Positions 50,408 through 59,881 of a DNA stretch of 64,000 nucleotides are shown one piece after another. Made by a program: the position numbers and the translations under genes. Below the pieces are notes generated by a model. The model saw only the letters and a program-made list of their open reading frames with translations, was not told where the DNA came from and ran no database searches. Every line of letters begins with the position of its first letter. Position 1 is the stretch's first letter. The DNA comes from Gallionella sp. (lineage in GTDB: Bacteria; Pseudomonadota; Gammaproteobacteria; Burkholderiales; Gallionellaceae), in assembly GCA_049799335.1 (NCBI GenBank), contig JBARHR010000220.1:5055-69054 (forward strand), given 5' to 3'.

Positions 50408-50666
50408 TCAATCCGGAGTGGTCACAATTTCCAAATGGGTAAGCCGCACGAACGCGGCATCTCGCGACTCACCGCACAATTCCGTTGACGGTTGCAGCGT
50501 GCAACAAAATGACTGTCAGCTCGGGCTGACCGAAAATCGCGCACCGGTCATCAACGGTCAGTTGCACGCAACGCACTCCGGCGGGTTTGCCGTTTGGCAT
50601 TCCGGGGAAAGGCGAATTGATCGAAGGCGCGAAGCAACAGGTGGAGCAGTGGGGGCGGCAGGACAT
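50408..50666 (-). pseudogene. YkgJ-type Cys-cluster (CxxCxxCC) protein, apparently frameshifted
   Basis: The 65-aa [52 protein letters not shown]... loses the family pattern near 50515. The expected continuation [34 protein letters not shown] is intact in the +1 frame down to the stop at 50408. This is either a real frameshift or a sequencing error in a T-run. Confidence 0.55.
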
Positions 50667-50682
50667 TCCGAATTCCTGCTGC

Positions 50683-50823
50683 TTAGAGTAGTTGCGGCAG
50701 TGCCTTCTTGATTGCTTCCCTCTGCGCTTTCCGCTCGGCCTTCCAGAATACCCGCTTGAACTCCTTTAAATGCCTCCACCACTGGGGGGCGGGCGTCAGA
50801 GTGCTTTGCTTTACATTTGCCAT
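50683..50823 (-). CDS. Small basic hypothetical protein (uncertain)
   Basis: 46-aa ORF from an internal ATG ([46 protein letters not shown]). It ends 17 nt before the ykgJ-like start and has native-looking composition. No family recognised. Confidence 0.3.
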   Translation of the reverse strand: MANVKQSTLTPAPQWWRHLKEFKRVFWKAERKAQREAIKKALPQLL

Positions 50824-50946
50824 ATTCCACTTTTCAATAATTCTATGTTGAGATGATAAGCCCAATGGTGCCTGCGGAATAATCGTTTTACACAAGAAAG
50901 GGAAAGGGTATTCTTCGCCGGCCTTCTAGATGGTTATACATACAGA

Positions 50947-52923
50947 ATGAAACGGGCATATTACTCAGCTTTGATTCCCGCCTTTCTTCGTGCATTAACT
51001 GAAGAAATTATGGGCGCATTGTCGCTCAACAACGACTATGCGCTCATTCAAACACAGCGTGACGCGTGGGCTGCGCAAATTGAGATGCTTCGCTCCACGC
51101 TGACTGGGCGCGAAGGCTCGATATATTTCGAATATTCGATTCCTCGTATGGGGCGAAGGATTGACGTTGTATTGTTGATCGGCCCGGTGATATTTGTTCT
51201 TGAGTTTAAAGTAGGCGAGAAAACACATACTACTTATGCTTTTGATCAGGTGTTTGACTACGCCTTGGATTTGAAGAACTTTCACGAATCAAGTCATGAA
51301 CAATTCATTGCGCCGGTCTTAGTTGCGACGGAAGCGGTGCAACTGCCAATAATGATTTCGTACACTCCAAGAAACGACAAACTGTTTATTCCAGTAAAAA
51401 CGAATAAAGAACAGCTAGGGGAAGTTCTAGTCGAAATATTGAAGTTGATTGGTGAAGGTAAAGTTGATGCAGGCGAATGGGAAGCCGGGCGCTATTGTCC
51501 CACGCCTACAATTATCGAAGCCGCAATGGCCTTGTATAACAACCACTCGGTTGTTGATATTACTCGTTACGATGCGGGTGCAACCAATCTAAGGCTTACT
51601 TCCTCTGCAATTTCTGAAGTTATTAATCTCTCTAAAGAACGTAAACATAAATCCGTCTGCTTGGTAACTGGCGTACCCGGTGCAGGGAAGACTTTAGTTG
51701 GGCTGGATATTGCGACAAAACACTCTGAGGCGGCAGACGATTTGTTCAGCGTGTATCTGTCTGGCAATGGCCCGCTTGTAAAGATTCTTTGCGAGGCGCT
51801 CGCACGTGACCAAGTCGATCGCGGAAAAAACAAAGGTAAGCGCGTAAAGATCGGAGAAGCAAGAAGCTCCGTAAAAGCCTTCATTCAAAATGTTCACCAC
51901 TTCAGAGATGAATGCTTGCGAGATGAAAACATCGCACCTATTGAACATGTAGCGATTTTCGATGAAGCGCAACGGGCTTGGAATGTCGAACAAACATCTT
52001 CGTTTATGCGACGCAAGAAGAATCATCCAAACTTCAGTCAGTCCGAGCCGGAGTTTCTTATCTCTTGCATGGATAGACACAAAGATTGGGCAGTAATTGT
52101 TTGCCTTGTAGGCGGAGGACAAGAAATCAATACGGGAGAAGCTGGAATTGGAGAGTGGGTTAGTTCAATAACGCGCACATTTCCAGACTGGCGCATCTAT
52201 ATTTCCTCTCGCTTGACGGATAGCGAATATCAGGCAGGTGCGGCGCTCAAGCAGCTTGCGTCTCACGCCAACGTAAGCTATTTGGATGAGTTGCATTTGG
52301 GTGTATCGATGCGGTCTTTCCGGGCAGAAGACGTATCACTTTTGGTAAAGCAGTTACTTGATTTAGAAATTGACTCGGCAAAACTTACTTACGAGAAAAT
52401 AAAGACTCGATATCCGATCGCAATTACAAGGGATTTAGGGAAGGCAAAGGCTTGGCTGAAGCGCAATGCCCGAGGCAGCGAGCGCTACGGGATTGTTGTT
52501 TCATCACAGGCTGAGCGATTAAAACCACATGCGATAGATGTTAGATCGCCAATGGACCCGGTGAATTGGTTCCTAAACGAAAAAGACGATGTTCGATCTT
52601 CCTACTACTTAGAGGATGTCGCGACCGAATTTCATGTTCAGGGACTGGAGTTGGATTGGACCTGTGTTACATGGGATGCCGACTTCCGTCATACAAAGAA
52701 CGGCTGGAGTCATCATTCATTTCGCGGAACTGGCTGGAACAGAATTAATATGGACGAGCGGAAGCAATATTTGAAAAATGCTTATCGAGTGTTGTTAACT
52801 AGGGCGCGGCAGGAAATGGTTTTGGTAGTGCCCAATGGTGATCTCGAAGATAGCACCCGCAGCCCCCAGTACTATGATGGCACCTTCAAATATCTGAAGG
52901 AAATTGGGTTTGTTGAAATCTGA
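50947..52923 (+). CDS. DUF2075-type protein: N-terminal PD-(D/E)xK-like nuclease signature + SF1 helicase-like P-loop NTPase
   Basis: 658 aa. Has RRIDVVLL...VLEFKVGEK (D73/E86/K88), Walker A GVPGAGKT (K248), a DEAQ box [10 protein letters not shown], and the C-terminal [17 protein letters not shown]+C is visibly lower than in the flanks. Confidence 0.85.
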   Translation: MKRAYYSALIPAFLRALTEEIMGALSLNNDYALIQTQRDAWAAQIEMLRSTLTGREGSIYFEYSIPRMGRRIDVVLLIGPVIFVLEFKVGEKTHTTYAFDQVFDYALDLKNFHESSHEQFIAPVLVATEAVQLPIMISYTPRNDKLFIPVKTNKEQLGEVLVEILKLIGEGKVDAGEWEAGRYCPTPTIIEAAMALYNNHSVVDITRYDAGATNLRLTSSAISEVINLSKERKHKSVCLVTGVPGAGKTLVGLDIATKHSEAADDLFSVYLSGNGPLVKILCEALARDQVDRGKNKGKRVKIGEARSSVKAFIQNVHHFRDECLRDENIAPIEHVAIFDEAQRAWNVEQTSSFMRRKKNHPNFSQSEPEFLISCMDRHKDWAVIVCLVGGGQEINTGEAGIGEWVSSITRTFPDWRIYISSRLTDSEYQAGAALKQLASHANVSYLDELHLGVSMRSFRAEDVSLLVKQLLDLEIDSAKLTYEKIKTRYPIAITRDLGKAKAWLKRNARGSERYGIVVSSQAERLKPHAIDVRSPMDPVNWFLNEKDDVRSSYYLEDVATEFHVQGLELDWTCVTWDADFRHTKNGWSHHSFRGTGWNRINMDERKQYLKNAYRVLLTRARQEMVLVVPNGDLEDSTRSPQYYDGTFKYLKEIGFVEI

Positions 52924-52938
52924 CGAGGACTAATCACA

Positions 52939-53121
52939 ATGCAACTTCTAAAGCATCAGCCGGATTATCCAATATACTTCATCATGTCCGATCAGCCAGA
53001 CACCTGCGGATATTGTGGGGCGCGTCTTGAGTATCTTGCAATAAAGGAAATCGAAGGCGAGCGAGTTTTTGTTAACGAATGTTTAGGCTGCAAGCGTGAA
53101 ATACTAATGGTTGAAAGCTAA
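52939..53121 (+). CDS. Small zinc-ribbon-like protein (CxxC...CxxC)
   Basis: 60-aa ORF 16 nt after the DUF2075 stop, with GAGGA 9 nt upstream of the ATG. It has two Cys pairs (CGYCG ... CLGC) and the same low G+C as the upstream gene. Confidence 0.45.
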   Translation: MQLLKHQPDYPIYFIMSDQPDTCGYCGARLEYLAIKEIEGERVFVNECLGCKREILMVES

Positions 53122-53165
53122 ACGGACAGCATGTGCGGCCCGTTTGTTCGGCAAGATGAAAAGCC

Positions 53166-53415
53166 TCACGCCTTGAGATAAACCTCCGCCCCTGCTTCAC
53201 AAACTCTACCGACTTCACTTCCATCCTCTTCTGTAGCGCGGCCTGCTCGTCCAAGCCCTCCTTCGCAGCAAAGCCGCGCACGTCCCCTGGGAAATCTTCA
53301 TCGAACAGAAATGCAGGCCGCACATGGAGCAGAAGTAGATGACCTTTGCGATTACTTTGGGCAGTATCCGTCGAGATTATGCGTTTCCGCTATTGCGGTG
53401 TGTCGAGGCCGAGTG
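53166..53415 (-). pseudogene. thiC: Decayed duplicate of the thiC 3' end (last ~80 codons)
   Basis: Reads ...LGLDTPQ*...[44 protein letters not shown](frameshift)AEVYLKA*. Intact thiC reads ...LGLDPDR...[51 protein letters not shown]. The DNA is colinear with 54877-55119. Confidence 0.8.
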
Positions 53416-53689
53416 TTTTAGCATGCCGACTGATGCGGGCGATGATGTCGTCCATGAGCATGCGAGAGGCTTCGTCCGCCGTTTGCAGGGCTTCGAGAAA
53501 CAGTCCCGCTTCGGCCATGTATTCGTGAACGAGAAGATTGCGGAGTTTTCTTGCGCTAATGAATAATTCAGTGCTTTCCAACCAAGAATTCAGGAATAAC
53601 AAGGTCGCCGCAATACCGCGCGCGAGCGGATGGCGTATCAGGAATTGCGCGGTCCAAGTTGGCGGGTAATTCGCGTTTGCCAGCATCAA
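53390..53689 (-). CDS. HEPN-domain (DUF86/HepT-like) fragment, probably defective
   Basis: 99-aa ORF containing the Rx4H HEPN motif in ARKLRNLLVHEYM. It lacks the usual N-terminal ~50 aa of HepT proteins. Its last codons (..LGLDTPQ*) are thiC-derived. No intact MNT partner is present. Confidence 0.5.
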   Translation of the reverse strand: MMLANANYPPTWTAQFLIRHPLARGIAATLLFLNSWLESTELFISARKLRNLLVHEYMAEAGLFLEALQTADEASRMLMDDIIARISRHAKTLGLDTPQ

Positions 53690-53820
53690 TTGGCGAAATC
53701 AGAGCGGGTTGTCGGACGCGTGAAGCGAGTAGTTGACTTTGCCCGATGCTATCGCGATGCCCGCTACCGAAGAAAATATATCGCGCATCGGGTGCATAAA
53801 ACACACCCTTGTACGAATAT

Positions 53821-54441
53821 TCAGGTTGCCCTGACTCGCTTTTTCGCGACAGGCACGCGTACACACCGCGCAACCTGGGTGGCGCTGTCTTCCAGATCAA
53901 ATGCCTTGGGGTCGAATTCGTCGCCCATCCACTCTAATATTTCCTCGTGCTCCGGATTGTTGGGGTCGGAGAACGCGGCGCATAGTCCGGCGTAACCCCA
54001 AGGCCCGCCGCAATCCTCTGGCGGGCAGGCATTTTCGCCGTCGATCAGCCGTGCGGGCGGTTCGCCCGGTTTTACGTCCACACGCTTTTCGATGGTTATT
54101 TCATGCCACCAGTCGTCACCGAAGTCATACCAGTATCGAAATTTCTTGTGGTGCGCGAGTGTTTCGCCGAGGCGATGTTTGTTTTCGGGAAGTGCAGTGT
54201 CGCCACCGAAAAAATTGTCCTCCTTGGAGGCTGTGCCGATACTCTGGCGGCCAACCTGAAATTCGTGCAGGTGGCAATCTTCCCATCCCATAGCCGCTTG
54301 TATTACATGGTGCAATTGCAGAAAGGTAAGGTTTGCGCTGACCATGACACGTCGCAGTACAGGAGGTTTGACATTCAGGAGCGTGATGCGCAGCTGCAGC
54401 ATTTGTTGCAGCGATACGCTTGAGGGCGTTTTGCTAGTCAT
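53821..54441 (-). CDS. Plasmid pRiA4b ORF-3-like family protein
   Basis: LQLRITLLNVKPPVLRRVMVSANLTFLQLHHVIQAAMGWEDCHLHEF ... YWYDFGDDWWHEITIEK is the hallmark of the PRiA4_ORF3 family. 206 aa. Confidence 0.8.
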   Translation of the reverse strand: MTSKTPSSVSLQQMLQLRITLLNVKPPVLRRVMVSANLTFLQLHHVIQAAMGWEDCHLHEFQVGRQSIGTASKEDNFFGGDTALPENKHRLGETLAHHKKFRYWYDFGDDWWHEITIEKRVDVKPGEPPARLIDGENACPPEDCGGPWGYAGLCAAFSDPNNPEHEEILEWMGDEFDPKAFDLEDSATQVARCVRVPVAKKRVRAT

Positions 54442-54598
54442 GGCGTAATCTCAATGCGTTGCGATGCACTACAAATATCTATCCGGATGCGTGGATAGTG
54501 CACTTCAGCACAATTCGTAAGCGGCCGCAATAATCCGCCGTCGTCGAGCACAATCGAACGCCATGCTCTGCGAGAAAGTCGACGGCGAACCCGTATCG

Positions 54599-54817
54599 CT
54601 ATTTCTTTGTATCGTACTTGAAAGACAACGCAACTCTGGCGCGATAGGCAGTAACTTTGCCATCTTCGACGGCCATATCAAGTTTGACGACTTCGGCGAC
54701 TCGCAAGTCTCGCAGCGTTTTGGATGCCGCTTTGACGGCGTTTTCCGCGGCATCTTCCCAGGATTTTTTGCTGGTTCCAACGATTTCGGTGATACGGTAA
54801 ACACTGTCTGCTGCCAT
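54599..54817 (-). CDS. Dodecin-family flavin-binding protein
   Basis: 72 aa. VYRITEIVGTSKKSWEDAAENAVKAASKTLRDLRVAEVVKLDM.VEDGKV..YRA.V..SF is the dodecin pattern. Confidence 0.85.
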   Translation of the reverse strand: MAADSVYRITEIVGTSKKSWEDAAENAVKAASKTLRDLRVAEVVKLDMAVEDGKVTAYRARVALSFKYDTKK

Positions 54818-54876
54818 GATTTTCTCCTCACTAGTTATAGTTGAACGGACGAAATACCAATGTTGCAGATTGCATA

Positions 54877-56870
<1,994 letters not shown>

Positions 56871-57117
56871 GGGACAAGGTACTGGAAAGTCGCGGTGATG
56901 GCAAGCGCCAAAAGACCCGCTGGGCGGGAGTAGATTCAAGGTCAGGTTATGCAGCGTAGGGAAATGTTTTGTGTGAAAATGCGCGGGCATTAAACATCCG
57001 TGACCGAATTTGCCCAGAAACACGCGTTGCGGCCTGGATTGTGGCAACATTTCGACAACATCATCGCGTACTAAATAAATTGCAACGACAAGAATTAAAA
57101 GCAGGTGTCCAGCCTTC

Positions 57118-57528
57118 ATGAACAGACGTAACTTCATTTTACTCAATTGCTTGTGGTCAATATTCCCGTCCCTGGCATTGGCAAAGCCGGCGCAATTTGC
57201 CCCGAGTGCGGCACTAGGACGGGTAACTGACGCGCATCGCAGTATCGCGCAGGAAATTGCCGCCCTATTTACCGATCTGGATGCTGCCCGTGCGATAGGG
57301 CGGGAATATCTGCGGAATTATCCGGTGTCTGGCGATCCGGATGCTTTGATCGCCGATCTCGAATTTGCGGACGGTCACGACACAGGCGCAAGTCTGCGAA
57401 ACCGGGTGGCAAAGCTGCGCTCAGCCGAATTTTTGTCGGGCCGAACTGTAGTCGTCAACAACTGGATATTGCCCCGGATAGAAGCTGACTTGTGTGCGCT
57501 CACCGTGCTGCTACCCGCAGGTGTATAG
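57118..57528 (+). CDS. Tat-signal small protein, probable small subunit of the adjacent GMC flavoprotein dehydrogenase
   Basis: Twin-arginine signal MNRRNFILLNCLWSIFPSLALA. 136 aa. Its stop is immediately followed by the ATG of the GMC gene. The layout resembles gluconate 2-dehydrogenase subunit-3-type partners. Confidence 0.7.
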   Translation: MNRRNFILLNCLWSIFPSLALAKPAQFAPSAALGRVTDAHRSIAQEIAALFTDLDAARAIGREYLRNYPVSGDPDALIADLEFADGHDTGASLRNRVAKLRSAEFLSGRTVVVNNWILPRIEADLCALTVLLPAGV

Positions 57529-59127
57529 ATGTTTATAGATTTCCGCGACGCTCGCGCCCCGGCGCACATCGAATGTGACTTGTGCATCATCGGGGCGGGA
57601 GCGGCGGGCATTACCATGGCGCGAGCGCTCACTGACTCGGGCATCCACGTATGCGTGCTGGAGAGCGGTGGCTTTGAACAGGAAGAGGCTACCCAAAATC
57701 TCTATGCCGGGGAAACGGTCGGTCTGACCAACGCCGATCCCTTGGCATGTCGCCTGCGTACCTTCGGCGGTACCACGATGCATTGGGGTGGCTGGTGTGC
57801 GCCGCTGCATGAACACGACTTCCAGGTTCGTTCATGGGTGCCAAACAGCGGCTGGCCAATTCAATACGACGACCTGCAACCCTATTATCAACAAGCGCAA
57901 AAAGTTTGCGAGATCGGTCCGTTCAAGTACGGCGCAGATGCATTTCTTCAGGATACCTATAAATTTCCGCCATTTCATCCGGACAAGATCGACATCGGGT
58001 TCTTTCAGTACAGTCCGCCGACGCGGTTCGGTACCGTATACAAGGACGCACTGGCGCGCGCGCGCAATGTTGATGTTGTCCTCCACGCCAATGTAACGCG
58101 CATCAGCACCGACCAGTCCGCATCAAGAATAACCCGGCTCCAGATTCAAACCCTGGAAGGAAGAACAGGCAGCGTCAAGGCGAAAATATTTGTTCTGGCA
58201 TGCGGAGGTATGGAAAACGCGCGCATGCTGCTATTGGCCAACGATATCCAGAAGAACGGCTTGGGCAACGGCTCCGGACTGGTGGGCAAATATTTCCTGC
58301 AACACGTTGAAATCGGGGCAGTGGCAAGAATAGTGAGCAAGGATCCGAAGAGCCTGTTTGATGCCTTTCGCAAATACACGCTGCCGGATGCCACAGTCGC
58401 TGCGGAAATGAGAACCTCGGTGAAAGCCCAGGAAAAGAACAAGTATCTGAATTGCGCCTTCACCCTGTTGGAAACGGAATGGTGGGACGGGGCGTGGGAC
58501 AAAACCGGTTACGACAGTCTCAGGGAAGTCTGGCGTCAGGTCAAAAATGGACACTTGCAGAACGATTTCACCAAAAAGCTATGGTCCGTAGTCACCGATC
58601 TGGACTCCGCCGTGGAAGGCACCTACAAGCAGATGCGCGACTTGCCGTATGACGGCGAGTTGAAAGAACTCGTGCTGTGGGCGCGATCGGAACAGTCGCC
58701 AAATAAGAATAGCAGCGTCGATCTTGGTTCCGATGTTGATCACTTCGGGTTGCGCAAGATACGAGTGAATTGGCAGCTTACAGAATTCGACAAACGCTCT
58801 GTCCGTTCAGGGTTACGCACCATCGCGGAGGAGTTGGGGCGATTGAACCTGGGACGCATGCAGGTCGCGGACTGGTTGATGGCGGACGATACTTCCTGGG
58901 CCGAGCCGGTGTGGGGCGGCTGCCACCATATGGGTACCACCCGCATGTCCGACGATCCAAAAACCGGTGTGGTCGACCGGAACAGCCGTATGCATTCCGT
59001 CCAGAATCTTTATATTGCCGGTAGTTCGGTATTTCCCACCACGGGATATGTGCCTCCGACGCTGACGATTGTTTCGCTCGCACTGCGACTCGCTGACCAT
59101 CTGAAACAGCAGTTGCCGACAAGCTGA
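57529..59127 (+). CDS. GMC-family FAD-dependent oxidoreductase
   Basis: N-terminal FAD fold CDLCIIGAGAAGITMARAL and C-terminal GMC signature WGGCHHMGTTRMS...NLYIAGSSVFPT. 532 aa. Confidence 0.9.
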   Translation: MFIDFRDARAPAHIECDLCIIGAGAAGITMARALTDSGIHVCVLESGGFEQEEATQNLYAGETVGLTNADPLACRLRTFGGTTMHWGGWCAPLHEHDFQVRSWVPNSGWPIQYDDLQPYYQQAQKVCEIGPFKYGADAFLQDTYKFPPFHPDKIDIGFFQYSPPTRFGTVYKDALARARNVDVVLHANVTRISTDQSASRITRLQIQTLEGRTGSVKAKIFVLACGGMENARMLLLANDIQKNGLGNGSGLVGKYFLQHVEIGAVARIVSKDPKSLFDAFRKYTLPDATVAAEMRTSVKAQEKNKYLNCAFTLLETEWWDGAWDKTGYDSLREVWRQVKNGHLQNDFTKKLWSVVTDLDSAVEGTYKQMRDLPYDGELKELVLWARSEQSPNKNSSVDLGSDVDHFGLRKIRVNWQLTEFDKRSVRSGLRTIAEELGRLNLGRMQVADWLMADDTSWAEPVWGGCHHMGTTRMSDDPKTGVVDRNSRMHSVQNLYIAGSSVFPTTGYVPPTLTIVSLALRLADHLKQQLPTS

Positions 59128-59881
59128 CTGCTGGTGGTTTGGCAACTACGGAATAAGCTCCAAATCCAAACTTCCAATAATAAATAGTTTAGTCGATGAC
59201 GCCCCGTTGGGGAATTCAAGTGTCCATGCAAGTCAAACAATTTCACTTTCCAACAAGCGAAACTTCAATGGGATGCCTGATCTGCACTGCGACTGTGCAG
59301 CTCCATCGACCATAGAGTTAGGACTCTTGCGATTACTCAGTAACATGGACAGATACTTTTGAAACGAAGCGGGTCGAGGGTGCTGGATAAGTGCGACCCA
59401 TCGTTTCCTTTGGTATACATTGGGCTGCACTCCCTTCAGACAAAACCATGACTTGCTCTTGCTTGCCGGTTTCGCCGATCGCGATAAGTGCCGTGATGTC
59501 GCCACTAAAATTTCTCGCCAAACACGCTTGCATTACGCGTCCTGCAGCGAAGAAGCTCGGCGCAAATTTTGACTCGAAGTTTTTCCCTTATGGCGTCGCT
59601 GTGTCTTTAGCAGTGAGTTCTGTCATCTGTTTCAGCTGCTTTGGAAATTTGGAAATGAAAAAGCAACAGCGTACCGCCGCTGTTCACCAGCACTCGATAA
59701 GCACAGCACAGCGGTCAGCTTAGGCCCAAGGTTTGAAGACGTTACGAAACGAAATATGCTAAATTCCTCTTGCACTGGAGCGCAAATAACGAGCTTCAGG
59801 GTTTGAGTAAGGCAAGCGCGATGGGGGATGCGAGCAAAAATTCAATAATCGCCGCGCGCCAAAAAGGGGGAGATTGGTGAA

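Noticed and set aside
53690-53830. Possible MNT (nucleotidyltransferase) antitoxin remnant upstream of the HEPN ORF, suggested by ...ARYIFFGSGHRDSIG... resembling the GSxxRG motif
   Set aside because: Only about 40 codons are available. The following DxD catalytic pair is absent, and the frame overlaps the end of the pRiA4b-ORF3-like gene. The resemblance is too short to support a call.
54505-54831. 108-aa minus-strand ORF overlapping the dodecin gene
   Set aside because: It occupies another frame of the same DNA as the dodecin ORF (54599-54817), which has a clear family signature. The longer ORF translates to low-complexity Ser/Pro/Arg-rich sequence.
59760-59881. Fur box upstream of the TonB-dependent receptor (gcaaaaattcaataatcgc)
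   Set aside because: It matches well under half of the 19-bp consensus and lacks the 7-1-7 symmetry, so it is not better than chance in AT-rich leader DNA.
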